In this document: piece after piece, positions 39,785 through 49,882 of the stretch | Position numbering within the stretch: position 1 is the stretch's first letter | Layout: each line of letters opens with the position of its first letter | Assembly: GCA_035447925.1 (NCBI GenBank) | Contig: DAOTHY010000003.1 | Span: 1,474 to 65,473 of the forward strand | Direction: 5' to 3' | Length of the DNA: 64,000 nt | From: Thermotogota bacterium | Lineage (GTDB): Bacteria > Thermotogota > Thermotogae > MWEM01 | Notes under the pieces: model-generated | Databases searched by the model: none | What the model saw: only the letters and a program-made list of their open reading frames with translations | What the model was told of the DNA's origin: nothing | Made by a program: the position numbers and the translations under genes

Positions 39785-41056
39785 ATGACAGAACAACAGA
39801 AAAAGCTGATTTGGAGCGATTGCACGCCCGAAGAGTGGAACGATTGGAAATGGCAACTCAGAAACAGGATTATGGATGTTGAGACGCTGAACAAAGTCAT
39901 CAAATTGACAGAAGAGGATAAACGGGCTATAGAGCACAGTTTGGAATTCTTAAGAATGGCGATAACGCCTTATTACGCATCATTGATAGATCCCAATGAT
40001 CCGTTTGATCCTATTCGGCTTCAAGCGGTTCCGTCGGTGCATGAATTGACCGTTGCGCCGGAGGATATGTTGGATCCGCTTCACGAGGACGTGGATTCAC
40101 CAACACCAGGAATGACGCATCGCTATCCCGATAGAGTGTTGCTATTGGTGACTGACCGTTGTTCCATGTATTGTCGTCACTGTACTAGAAGGAGAAAAGC
40201 AGGTGAAACCGACAAGGCCATGCCGTTGGAATACGTGGAAAAAGCAGTTGAATATCTAAAAGAACATACAGAAGTGAGAGATGTTTTGATTTCTGGCGGA
40301 GATCCCTTAACACTTCCCACGGCTCATTTGGAAAAGATTATCCAGAAAATTGCTGCGGTTTCTTCGGTTGAGATTATCCGCATCGGGTCAAGAACACCGG
40401 TTGTTTTACCTCAAAGAATCGATGATGAATTGATTGCCATGCTGAAAAAATACAAAACGATCTGGCTGAATACTCATTTCAATCATCCGGCGGAAATAAC
40501 AACAGAAAGCATTCAGGCGTTGGATAAATTGGTTGAAGCGGGGATCCCTTTGGGAAATCAATCGGTTTTGTTAAGAGGTATCAATGATAATCCTGAAATC
40601 ATGAAATGTTTAGTACAGAAACTGGTTAAATACCGGGTCAGACCTTATTATATGTATCAATGCGATTTATCACAAGGGTTGTCTCATTTCAGAACGACTG
40701 TAGCCAAAGGACTGGAAATTATGGAGTATTTGAGGGGTCATACATCGGGGTTTGCCGTTCCCACTTATGTTATTGATGCCCCCCATGGCGGTGGGAAGAT
40801 TCCTGTTATGCCTCAATACTTGATTTCTTATGGGGAAAACAAGGTCATTTTGAGAAATTACGAGGGTGGATTATTTGTCTATGAGGAACCAAAAGAATAT
40901 CATGCCACAGCAGATCCGGATGGTTGGCTTGCCGAAAACCGTAAAAGCAAAGAAGGATTGGCCAGTATGTTGTCGGGAACAAATAAAAAGCTGGTTCCGG
41001 GTGAAGCTGTGCGATTACACAGAGCCGGAGAATGGAAACGAACACATTCTCAATAA
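39785..41056 (+). CDS. kamA: L-lysine 2,3-aminomutase (radical SAM, PLP)
   Basis: CSMYCRHCTRRR radical-SAM cluster motif. Full KamA-length protein (423 aa) with the conserved N-terminal PEEW..WQLRNRI region and the PLP-lysine region. Confidence 0.85.
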   Translation: MTEQQKKLIWSDCTPEEWNDWKWQLRNRIMDVETLNKVIKLTEEDKRAIEHSLEFLRMAITPYYASLIDPNDPFDPIRLQAVPSVHELTVAPEDMLDPLHEDVDSPTPGMTHRYPDRVLLLVTDRCSMYCRHCTRRRKAGETDKAMPLEYVEKAVEYLKEHTEVRDVLISGGDPLTLPTAHLEKIIQKIAAVSSVEIIRIGSRTPVVLPQRIDDELIAMLKKYKTIWLNTHFNHPAEITTESIQALDKLVEAGIPLGNQSVLLRGINDNPEIMKCLVQKLVKYRVRPYYMYQCDLSQGLSHFRTTVAKGLEIMEYLRGHTSGFAVPTYVIDAPHGGGKIPVMPQYLISYGENKVILRNYEGGLFVYEEPKEYHATADPDGWLAENRKSKEGLASMLSGTNKKLVPGEAVRLHRAGEWKRTHSQ

Positions 41057-42063
41057 ATCATTTGTTTGATTTTCTTGCTGAAAAGAGCCGAATAATCTCG
41101 ATTATTGGGATGGATAAAAATGTAGGCAAGACCACTCTGTTGAACTTTCTCTTAAAGGGGCTTCGGGATCGTCATGTGCCTGCGTTGGTATTGAGTATTG
41201 GTCGTGATGGAGAGGCAAACGACAGTGTTGAAAATACTTCCAAACCACCCATCATCATTTACAGGGGGGGATGTTTTTTAACAATTAAAGAGTTAATCAG
41301 AAACCCGTCATCAATCGAGATTCTGGATTGCTTTAACAGTAAAGTTTCTGGCTCCAAAATTATTTTAGGACGTGCCCTGCAGGATACACAAGTTCAATTG
41401 GTCAATCCCGCCAATCAGAAAGTCCTTTCTGAAATGATCCGTATAAGCCTTGAACGTTGCGGAGGAGGAACTGTTTTTATTGATGGTGCATTAGACAGGT
41501 TGTCTCATGGTTGCTCTTCATTAATCGATGGCGTTTTTGTTTGTGCCGGTGTTCAATCGGAAGGGGATTTGTCAGAAATCATCAAAAAAACACGGTTGTT
41601 GATTACTCACCTACAAAATGAGGTGTGCGACAATCAAATAAAGCAGTTAATTTTGAACCAGCGCCTGGAAAAGGGAACACTTTTGATTAGAAATGAAGAA
41701 ATAATCGACTGTATTCGAGGGACTTTGATTGATACAACAGACCTTGATGAAAAAATCAAGAATAATGATATAATCTATACAACGGGTGTAATCACCGACA
41801 AGATTATCAACAGATTCATAGAGAGGGAACGGATGATAACCATGGTGCTGATTGACGGCACCAAAGCCCGTATCAGTCAAAGGTACAGTGCAATGATGCA
41901 CAGAATGGGGATTCGTCTTCGGATGATCAACAGAATTCCTGTATATGGGCTTTCGATAAACAGTATAGGAATAAGGCGATCCATGAACCCGTCAAAAGTA
42001 TTGACGAGTTTTCGTGAAGCTTTCAAAGAGATTTATGTATTTGACACAACATATTTAGTGTAA
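41032..42063 (+). CDS. hypothetical P-loop (Walker A GMDKNVGKTT) protein translationally coupled to kamA
   Basis: 343 aa ORF overlapping the kamA 3' end by 25 nt. Walker A-like GxxxxGKTT near the N-terminus and a possible Walker B (VFIDGALD). I do not recognise the family. Confidence 0.45.
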   Translation: METNTFSINHLFDFLAEKSRIISIIGMDKNVGKTTLLNFLLKGLRDRHVPALVLSIGRDGEANDSVENTSKPPIIIYRGGCFLTIKELIRNPSSIEILDCFNSKVSGSKIILGRALQDTQVQLVNPANQKVLSEMIRISLERCGGGTVFIDGALDRLSHGCSSLIDGVFVCAGVQSEGDLSEIIKKTRLLITHLQNEVCDNQIKQLILNQRLEKGTLLIRNEEIIDCIRGTLIDTTDLDEKIKNNDIIYTTGVITDKIINRFIERERMITMVLIDGTKARISQRYSAMMHRMGIRLRMINRIPVYGLSINSIGIRRSMNPSKVLTSFREAFKEIYVFDTTYLV

Positions 42064-42140
42064 ATCAATATTAATAGGGCAATCTGAGAATTGCCCCTCA
42101 GCATTAGTTATTTTCTAACCGTCCACAAAGGGGTGATACG

Positions 42141-42674
42141 ATGGATTACAAATTAGTGACAAGAGGATTTTCGGCTACAGAGGCTGTTGAAGATTATGTG
42201 GAAAAGAAAGTTTCAAAGCTCGAAAAGGTCATGCCGGAAGGAGATCATGTTCACACTGAAGTGAAGATTGAAAGGGAGAACAAAGATTTCCGGGCAGAGC
42301 TGACCGTTCATATTCGAGGTGCTGTAGTCAGGACAGATGAAATGACCGACGATATGTATGCTTCTGTTGACAATGCCGTTGATGCAATGGAAAAGAAACT
42401 TGAAAAGTACAAGAATAAGAGAGTTGTGAGACACAAAACATCCACAAGACTTTTAAGCGAGCCAGATCTGGAACAAGAGGAAGAAACCGATTACGAAGAT
42501 ATCGTCAAGACAAAACGTTTTTTTCTTAGACCTATGAATTTGGAAGAAGCAAAGCTTCAGTTGGAAATGCTGGGACACAATTTTTTCGTTTTCAAAAATG
42601 CCGATACGGATGAGATCAATCTCATCTACAGAAGGCAGAACAAGACAATGGGTTTAATAGAGTTTGAAGTATAA
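42141..42674 (+). CDS. hpf: ribosome hibernation-promoting factor (long form HPF/RaiA)
   Basis: N-terminal YfiA/HPF domain plus a C-terminal dimerisation domain (NLIYRRQNKTMGLIEFE). Confidence 0.85.
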   Translation: MDYKLVTRGFSATEAVEDYVEKKVSKLEKVMPEGDHVHTEVKIERENKDFRAELTVHIRGAVVRTDEMTDDMYASVDNAVDAMEKKLEKYKNKRVVRHKTSTRLLSEPDLEQEEETDYEDIVKTKRFFLRPMNLEEAKLQLEMLGHNFFVFKNADTDEINLIYRRQNKTMGLIEFEV

Positions 42675-42689
42675 CTTAAATAAATGGGA

Positions 42690-42722
42690 AAGGGGCCCGT
42701 TTGAAGGGTCTCTTTTTTTTAG
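42690..42722 (+). terminator. rho-independent terminator after hpf
   Basis: GC-rich short hairpin (GGCCC-guuugaa-GGGUC) followed by T9. Confidence 0.5.
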
Positions 42723-42852
42723 TTTCATTTTTTTTATCATTTACGATATAATAAAGAAATGAAGTGAACAGAATTTTAGATCGATGATTCATTATTCATA
42801 CAGAAAAAATAAGAAAATTGAGAGGTGAAAAGAGATAGTCATTTCCAACCCG

Positions 42853-44289
42853 TTGATAAAAAGGATTCTAGTGGGAACCTTTCAGGATGAAATCATGATT
42901 GCGGTTCTGGAGGGAAATCAGCTTGTTGAGCTGCATTTAGAGGAGATGGATAACGAAAGTATAACCGGAAATATCTTCCTCGGCAAAGTTGAAAATTATG
43001 TCAGCAGTTTAGATGCATCTTTTATTGATATCGGAAAGGGTAAAAATGCATTTTTAAGGAATAAAGATTTTTTAAAGAACGCATTAGGCAGTAAAGAGGC
43101 CAGAAAGACCAGTGAAGTTCCAGTGAAGGGAAACAAGATTATCGTTCAAGCGAAAAAGGATCCCATGGGAACTAAAGGTCCACAAGTGACTACGAATATT
43201 GGCATTGCAGGGAGATATTTAGTGTTCATGCCGTTTTCGAGAAGTGTGGGCGTTTCAAAAAGGATTGAGGATACGATAGAACGTAAGCGCTTACACAGTC
43301 GAATGTCAAAGATCGTTAAAGATTCGGGTATCATTATTAGAACGGTGGCACAAAATGTTGATTATGAAGCTTTGGAAGAGGAGTATTTTCTCTTAAAGAA
43401 GAAATGGGAAGAAATTCACAAACAATTTCAAAGATTTAAAAAACCAAGAATGTTGCACGATGAAGCTGAAATTTTAGAATATCTGATGAGGGAAAAATAC
43501 GATTCAACTGTTGATGAAGTCGTAACAAATTCCAGAGAGATGTTTGCCAAACTTGAAAAGATGCTAAAAGTCTTTGACAAAAAGCCCGTTAAAGGAAAAT
43601 TACGATTGTGCAAAGAGGATGTCTTTGATACCTATCATGTGAGTGAGCAACTGGAAGCACTTTATTCCAGAAAGATCGAGATGGAATGTGGCGGATGGAT
43701 TGTTGTAGACCGAACCGAAGCATTTACCATCATTGACATTAATTCAGGAAGCAACGTTTCCAGTAATAATACCAGAGATATGGCGTTGGAAACTAACGTT
43801 CAAGCGGCGACTGAAGTTGCACGTCAGCTTCGGCTGAGAAACCTGAGTGGCATCATCATCGTTGATTTTATTGATATGGAACAGGAAAACGACAGAATGA
43901 CGATATTGAAAGTGTTAAACGAGGAATTAAAAAAGGACAAAGCGAAAACGGCAGTGATGGGATTTACGAAACTGGGATTGGTAGAAATTACCAGAAAGAG
44001 AACATCACCACCGGTTGAGGAGTTGCTTTTTGAGAAATGCCCGGTATGTCATGGAGAAGGTCTTGTATTATCCCCTAAACGGATTTTAAAAATGATTGGT
44101 GTAGAAATGGAACAGGCTAAAACGATGAAAGATGTCAAAGGAATACAGTTAAACCTTCATTGGAGTCTTTCGGGGTATTTAAATAAAGAATGGCGAGAAG
44201 AGATGCTAAAGAAAATGGGTTTTGAATCCATAGATGTGGAATTTTCACGAAAAGATCCTAACGGGTATGATATCAAATATAAAAAGTAA
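42853..44289 (+). CDS. rng: ribonuclease G/E-family endoribonuclease
   Basis: S1 domain and RNase E/G catalytic core (IIVDFIDM, Zn-link CPVCHGEG). TTG start. Confidence 0.85.
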   Translation: MIKRILVGTFQDEIMIAVLEGNQLVELHLEEMDNESITGNIFLGKVENYVSSLDASFIDIGKGKNAFLRNKDFLKNALGSKEARKTSEVPVKGNKIIVQAKKDPMGTKGPQVTTNIGIAGRYLVFMPFSRSVGVSKRIEDTIERKRLHSRMSKIVKDSGIIIRTVAQNVDYEALEEEYFLLKKKWEEIHKQFQRFKKPRMLHDEAEILEYLMREKYDSTVDEVVTNSREMFAKLEKMLKVFDKKPVKGKLRLCKEDVFDTYHVSEQLEALYSRKIEMECGGWIVVDRTEAFTIIDINSGSNVSSNNTRDMALETNVQAATEVARQLRLRNLSGIIIVDFIDMEQENDRMTILKVLNEELKKDKAKTAVMGFTKLGLVEITRKRTSPPVEELLFEKCPVCHGEGLVLSPKRILKMIGVEMEQAKTMKDVKGIQLNLHWSLSGYLNKEWREEMLKKMGFESIDVEFSRKDPNGYDIKYKK

Positions 44290-44307
44290 CTGTGAGAGGT
44301 GAATACT

Positions 44308-46395
44308 ATGAGGAAAATACAGTTTATATTCGGCGTTCATAATCACCAACCTGAAGGGAATTTTGACTTTATTTTTGAGAACTCCTTGGAAAATGGTTAC
44401 AAGCCGTTTTTAGAAACTGTATATGCGTATCCCCAAATTAAAACAAGCCTTCATTTCAGCGGCTCGCTTCTTCAATATATCGAAAAAAAAGATCCCGAAT
44501 TAATTGATTTGCTGCGGAAGATGATCGATAGAAAACAGGTTGAATTGTTTACCGGCGGATATTATGATCCCATCATGTCGATTATTCCTGAAGGTGACCG
44601 CATTACCCAAATTGAGAAGATGAATGAAAAACTCAAAGAACTATTTGATTATCGAGCAAAAGGTTTTTGGCTTTCAGAAAGGGTATGGGAACCCTCTCTC
44701 GTATCCACCCTTTCGAAATCCGGGGTTGAGTATGTGGCATTGGATGATGATCATTTCAAAAACGCCGGGAATTACGAAGATGAATTAAACGGATATTTTT
44801 TAACGGAAGATCAGGGTTATCCCCTAAAAATTTTCCCAATAAACAAAAAACTCAGATATCTGATCCCTTTTCATGATGTAGAAGAAACCATCGCTTTTCT
44901 ACATGAAAGGGCTTCAGAAAGTGCTCAGAGCATGTATTTGATGATGGATGACGGTGAGAAATTCGGGATTTGGCCCGGAACGCACGAATTGGTGTTCCAG
45001 AGAAAATGGTTGGAAACATTTTTCAAGCGTTTGATAGAAGAATCCGTGTGGCTTAAAATGACCACATTTGAAGAATACGTTCGGGAAGTTCCACCGAGAG
45101 GGAGGACCTATATTCCCGATTCGTCTTATCCTGAGATGATGAGTTGGGCGCTGCCTTCCAGGGCAAGGACGCACTATGAGAGATTGGAAAAAGAATTAAA
45201 GACAAGTGGTGATTTTGATCGATTTTCAATGTTTTTTAAGACAGGATTCTGGAGAACTTTTTTATCCAAATATACTGAATCCAATTTAATGCACAAAAAG
45301 ATGCTACTGCTTAGGTCCAAAATCACTGAAGAAATGCCCCGGTCCATTAGTGAAAGAATCTTGAAAAGTCAATCAAATGATGCTTATTGGCATGGACTGT
45401 TTGGAGGATTATACTTACCAAATCTCAGGGCAGAGGTTTATAAGAACCTGATCGGAGCTTCAAAGGAATTGGATGATATTAAGCATCCTGAAAAAGGTGA
45501 TTTCGTCGAGGTTGAAGTAAAAGACTATGATGTTGACGGATTTAATGAGATTATTATCAACAACAGAAAGCTTACCATAGGCATTTCACCGGCCAATGGC
45601 GGAAGAATTTACGAGCTTTCATTGAAAAACAAACAAATCAACCTTATGAACAACTTAACGAGACGTTATGAGCCCTATCACGAACAAATGGAAAGTGCCA
45701 AGACAGCGGAAGAAGGTGGCTATGGCAACTATTTGGCAAAGGAAAAAGGATTGGAAAAACTCTTAAACTACGATTGGTATGAACGATTCTCCTTTCTGGA
45801 TCATTTTTTGGGAGAATGGAGTACTTTGGAAAAATACGCCCGATGCCGTTACCCGGAGCAAGGTGATTTTACCAATCAAGAATATCAATATGAAATCCTG
45901 GATCAAAAAACCGGCTCGGTCAAACTCACAAGGGAAGGACACATTTGGCATGGATCATTGTGGGTGCCGATCAGGTTGGAAAAATATCTGAAATTGGATG
46001 AAGACGGTCTTTTACTGAAAAATGTGATCACGAATCTGTCTACTCACAACATCCCGATTTTCTATGGTTGTGAATATAACATCAATCTGATTTCAGATCA
46101 GTCAAAAGACAGATATCTATATGCAGGTGAATTCCCAAAGATTCCCATTTCACAAACCGGTAAGGTTAAGACGACATATTTTGGTTTGAAAAGCGAATTT
46201 GAGGGATTCGACATCATGATGCAGCCGGACAGGGAGGTTGAATTTTGGTATTTCCCCGTTTACACGGTTTCCTATTCGGAAAGAGGTTATGAAAAGTTAT
46301 ATCAAACAACCAGTATTACACCTGTTTATAGATTCAAGTCCGAACCCATGTCAACATTCGAAATGGAAATGAAATTCAAGATAGATGAATTCTAA
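44308..46395 (+). CDS. glycoside hydrolase family 57 enzyme (4-alpha-glucanotransferase/alpha-amylase type)
   Basis: GH57 hallmark FIFGVHNHQPEGNF and catalytic region (WLSERVWEP). ~695 aa. Start at ATG 44308 behind GAGAGGTGA. Confidence 0.8.
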   Translation: MRKIQFIFGVHNHQPEGNFDFIFENSLENGYKPFLETVYAYPQIKTSLHFSGSLLQYIEKKDPELIDLLRKMIDRKQVELFTGGYYDPIMSIIPEGDRITQIEKMNEKLKELFDYRAKGFWLSERVWEPSLVSTLSKSGVEYVALDDDHFKNAGNYEDELNGYFLTEDQGYPLKIFPINKKLRYLIPFHDVEETIAFLHERASESAQSMYLMMDDGEKFGIWPGTHELVFQRKWLETFFKRLIEESVWLKMTTFEEYVREVPPRGRTYIPDSSYPEMMSWALPSRARTHYERLEKELKTSGDFDRFSMFFKTGFWRTFLSKYTESNLMHKKMLLLRSKITEEMPRSISERILKSQSNDAYWHGLFGGLYLPNLRAEVYKNLIGASKELDDIKHPEKGDFVEVEVKDYDVDGFNEIIINNRKLTIGISPANGGRIYELSLKNKQINLMNNLTRRYEPYHEQMESAKTAEEGGYGNYLAKEKGLEKLLNYDWYERFSFLDHFLGEWSTLEKYARCRYPEQGDFTNQEYQYEILDQKTGSVKLTREGHIWHGSLWVPIRLEKYLKLDEDGLLLKNVITNLSTHNIPIFYGCEYNINLISDQSKDRYLYAGEFPKIPISQTGKVKTTYFGLKSEFEGFDIMMQPDREVEFWYFPVYTVSYSERGYEKLYQTTSITPVYRFKSEPMSTFEMEMKFKIDEF

Positions 46396-46440
46396 CACTA
46401 TTCACAGCGTCTGAGAAATTGGACGAAAGGAGATGTAACA

Positions 46441-48600
46441 GTGGCATTTAAGCAATGGAAATATGAAATAGCCGGCAGAGAACTGGTTATTGAGCATGGA
46501 AAAATGGCAAAACAATCAGCCGGTTCAGTTGTAGTGAGATTAGGGGATACCGTTGTGCTGATCACGGCAAACGGGAAAAAAACAGCGTCCGGGATGGACT
46601 TTTTCCCGCTAACGGTTGAATTTCAAGAAAAATTTTACTCATCCGGAAAGATTCCCGGTGGGTTTTTGAAAAGAGAAGGCCGACCAGGTGACACATCCAT
46701 ACTGGCAGCAAGACAGATAGACAGACCGATTAGACCCTTATTCCCGGATGGTTTTTACAATGAGGTTCAGTTGATTGCAACGGTTTTATCCATAGATGAA
46801 GATAATCCCGCTGATGTTCTTGGAATTTTGGGAGCATCTTTGGCGTTAAACTTCTCAAATATTCCCTTTGAGGGAATTGTTGCGGGTGTAAAAGTCGGTT
46901 TTGTTGATGGTAAACCCGTAGTTTTTCCCACAGAAGAAGAACTTCAAATCAGTGACATTGAATTGACGGTTGCCGGATCAAAGGATGCCATTGTAATGGT
47001 GGAAGGCGAAGCCAAAGAAGTAGATGAAGAACTCATGCTTGAAGCCCTGGATGTTGCACATAATGCCATCAAAGAGATGTGTGAGTTCCAAGAACGGATT
47101 TTTGAGGAAATGGGCCCTGTAGAAAAGATGCCGTATGAAGTTCTTGCACTGACAAGCGAAGAGAAACAAAAACTGGAGTCAATGGTCGATAAACAAGAAC
47201 TGAAAGAAAGGATGTTGACGGAAGGCAAGAAAAATACGGAAAAGGCTTTAGGAGAATACAAAGAGTTGATTCTTGAAAAGTTTATGGAAGATATAGAAGA
47301 AGATGAAAAAGCCATCAAGCAGAGCCTGGCATCCGAACAGTATGAAGAAATTCTAAAAGGGATTATGAGACGCTCTATTGTAGAAGACAAAAAGCGATCA
47401 GATGGTCGAGATTCAACTACCATCCGTCCCATCTCATGTGAAATAGGTGTTTTACCAAGGGTGCACGGGTCTGCCCTGTTTACTCGCGGAGAAACTCAAA
47501 GTTTGGGAATTCTTACTTTGGGGAGTGGACGAGATGTTCAGTATATTGACTCGATTTATGAAGAGTCAGAGAAAAATTTCATGTTGCATTACAATTTCCC
47601 GCCATTTTCAGTGGGGGAAGTCAAACGCCTTGGTTCTACATCCAGAAGGGAAATTGGTCACGGTCACCTGGCCGAAAGGTCTGTAAAGTCGATTATGCCT
47701 TCTGTTGATGAATTTCCTTACACTGTCAGAGTTGTTTCAGAAATATTGGAATCAAATGGCTCTTCTTCGATGGCGACGATTTGTTCCGCTTCCTTGTCAC
47801 TAATGGATGCAGGTGTTCCGGTAAAAAAACATGTGGCAGGCATTGCCATGGGTATGATCAAAGAACCTGATGAAACGGTTATTCTATCAGATATACTTGG
47901 AATGGAAGACCATTTGGGTGATATGGACTTCAAAGTGGCGGGAACAAGAGACGGTATCACAGGCTTTCAAATGGATGTCAAAGTCAGCGGCATCAGCAGG
48001 GAAATTATGGCAAAGGCCTTGAATCAGGCAAAAGAAGGCAGACAGCATATTTTAGATATCATGTACCAGACAATTGAACAGCCCAGAGACACGCTCAGTG
48101 AATATGCACCGGCTGTTGTTTCTTTTGATATCCCTGAGGAATCCATTGGTGAAGTCATCGGACCCGGAGGAAAGATGATCAAATTCATCACTGCCGAATT
48201 TGATGTCAAGATTGAGATTGATGATGAAAAAGGAAAGGTCAATATTTTTGGCAGTGACGCAAAGAAGAGCAATGCAGCGGCAGACTATATTCACCGTATG
48301 CTTGAACCTCTTGAAGCGGATAAAGAATACACCGGAAAAGTAACGCGTATCGAAAAATACGGGGTGTTTATTGAACTGGCACCCGGGAAAACAGGTTTAC
48401 TTCATGTATCGAATATGGAAGGATTTGTCAAAGACCCAGCGGCAAAATTCAACTTGGGCGATATGGTAAAAGTCGTTTGCGGTAAACTGGAACCGGGTGG
48501 GAAGATTGATCTGAGAGAACCGGGTAGCCAAAAGAAGATGGCTTCAAATTCAGACAGAAGGGGTAGAAAACCAACAGAGAGAAGAGAAAACAGGAAGTGA
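46441..48600 (+). CDS. pnp: polyribonucleotide nucleotidyltransferase (PNPase)
   Basis: Two RNase PH domains, KH and S1 (GKVTRIEKYGVFIEL). GTG start behind AAAGGAGA. Confidence 0.95.
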   Translation: MAFKQWKYEIAGRELVIEHGKMAKQSAGSVVVRLGDTVVLITANGKKTASGMDFFPLTVEFQEKFYSSGKIPGGFLKREGRPGDTSILAARQIDRPIRPLFPDGFYNEVQLIATVLSIDEDNPADVLGILGASLALNFSNIPFEGIVAGVKVGFVDGKPVVFPTEEELQISDIELTVAGSKDAIVMVEGEAKEVDEELMLEALDVAHNAIKEMCEFQERIFEEMGPVEKMPYEVLALTSEEKQKLESMVDKQELKERMLTEGKKNTEKALGEYKELILEKFMEDIEEDEKAIKQSLASEQYEEILKGIMRRSIVEDKKRSDGRDSTTIRPISCEIGVLPRVHGSALFTRGETQSLGILTLGSGRDVQYIDSIYEESEKNFMLHYNFPPFSVGEVKRLGSTSRREIGHGHLAERSVKSIMPSVDEFPYTVRVVSEILESNGSSSMATICSASLSLMDAGVPVKKHVAGIAMGMIKEPDETVILSDILGMEDHLGDMDFKVAGTRDGITGFQMDVKVSGISREIMAKALNQAKEGRQHILDIMYQTIEQPRDTLSEYAPAVVSFDIPEESIGEVIGPGGKMIKFITAEFDVKIEIDDEKGKVNIFGSDAKKSNAAADYIHRMLEPLEADKEYTGKVTRIEKYGVFIELAPGKTGLLHVSNMEGFVKDPAAKFNLGDMVKVVCGKLEPGGKIDLREPGSQKKMASNSDRRGRKPTERRENRK

Positions 48601-48604
48601 TGAA

Positions 48605-49882
48605 GTGGATTCAGCCATAGCAACAACCGAAAAACTCAAAAATGGAATGGAGATTTTTTCTCATAGAATGAACGGTGTGCGATCTGTTAGTTTATCGATT
48701 GCCGTCAAGGCAGGTTCTTCCCATGAACCTGCCAATCGTTCAGGCGCAGCCCATTTTACAGAACATATGGTTTTTAAAGGGACCAAAAAGCGTTCTCCTT
48801 TGGAACTAAAAGAGCCTATTGAAAGGGTAGGAGGAACGCTTAATGCGTTCACCGGAAAGGAAAACACGGTTTACTTTGCCAGGGTTCCCGATTCTGAATC
48901 CAGAATCGCTCTTTCAATTTTAAAGGACATTTGCAGTGAGTCGTTGTTTCCACAAAAGTTTTTTGACTTGGAAAAACAAGTGGTGATGGAGGAGATTTCA
49001 GCTGCGGATGACGATCCGGCAGATATTGTTTATGAACAATTTTTTAAAAATGTTTGGGGAAAATGTGCGTATGGTAATCCGGTATTGGGCACACTCGACA
49101 GTATTAAAGATATCAGCAGACAAGACCTGCTTGATTTTTATAAAACTAAATATCATCCATCCAACATGGTTTTTTCTGTCGCCGGGAATTTTCCAGAAGA
49201 TCTTTTGGAATGTTTCAACGACTTGACCTATCGACAGGATAAAAGAGAAGTGGCTTCACTGATATATGCACCGGATCGATCGGTTATCGTAACAGAGAAA
49301 GAGGATTTAAAACAATTGCATATGCTCATTGGTATTGAAGCACCATCGAGACAGGATCCTGATTTTAACGTTTTTCAAGTTCTAAATACTTTGTTAGGCG
49401 GGGGCATGAGCTCAAAGCTGTTTAACCGATTGAGAGAGGAATTGGGGTTGGTTTACACCATTGATTCGGGTTTGATCAGCTATCCGGAAGGAGGCCTTTT
49501 TTTTATATATGCCGCAACAACTCCTGAACGGTTTATCAAACTTAAAGACGAATTGATGAAAGAGCTACTAAGAATCATGAAGAACGGAATAACCATGCAG
49601 GATATCAATTACGGTAAAGAACGTTTAAAGGGGAAACTGCTTCTATCAACCGAAAGTACCTATTCCACCATGATGAGGAATCTCGATACCGGTTTGGCTT
49701 TTGGAAGACCATTGCGTGTTGAGGAGATGGTAGAACGTATCGATGTGGTGGATATCTCCAGATTGGATCAGGTCATGGAGCGTTATTTCTCAAAAAATTG
49801 GATATTAAGTTTGGTCACCCCCAAAAAAACGTTAAAACAATCTTTGATTGATAAATGGGAAGAGAAGGGGATACAAATTTGA
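48605..49882 (+). CDS. M16-family zinc peptidase (insulinase-like; MlpA/YmxG-like)
   Basis: HxxEH motif (HFTEHMVFKGT). Position directly after pnp as in Bacillus ymxG. Confidence 0.8.
   Translation: MDSAIATTEKLKNGMEIFSHRMNGVRSVSLSIAVKAGSSHEPANRSGAAHFTEHMVFKGTKKRSPLELKEPIERVGGTLNAFTGKENTVYFARVPDSESRIALSILKDICSESLFPQKFFDLEKQVVMEEISAADDDPADIVYEQFFKNVWGKCAYGNPVLGTLDSIKDISRQDLLDFYKTKYHPSNMVFSVAGNFPEDLLECFNDLTYRQDKREVASLIYAPDRSVIVTEKEDLKQLHMLIGIEAPSRQDPDFNVFQVLNTLLGGGMSSKLFNRLREELGLVYTIDSGLISYPEGGLFFIYAATTPERFIKLKDELMKELLRIMKNGITMQDINYGKERLKGKLLLSTESTYSTMMRNLDTGLAFGRPLRVEEMVERIDVVDISRLDQVMERYFSKNWILSLVTPKKTLKQSLIDKWEEKGIQI

Noticed and set aside
39619-39882. 87 aa plus-strand ORF spanning the kamA promoter/5'UTR and overlapping the kamA start
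   Set aside because: No Shine-Dalgarno site, low-complexity R/K-rich translation, and it overlaps a well-supported gene start in another frame. It is more likely the kamA leader. I looked for lysine-riboswitch motifs there and did not see them.
42064-42140. GGGCAAT-ctgaga-ATTGCCC hairpin after the kamA-associated gene
   Set aside because: It is a perfect 7-bp stem but not followed directly by a U-tract. It could be an attenuator or RNA stability element rather than an intrinsic terminator.
46944-47432. 162 aa minus-strand ORF (and several others at 47718..48626) inside pnp
   Set aside because: These are antisense to a highly conserved PNPase gene, with Ser-rich low-complexity translations. 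They are typical shadow ORFs.
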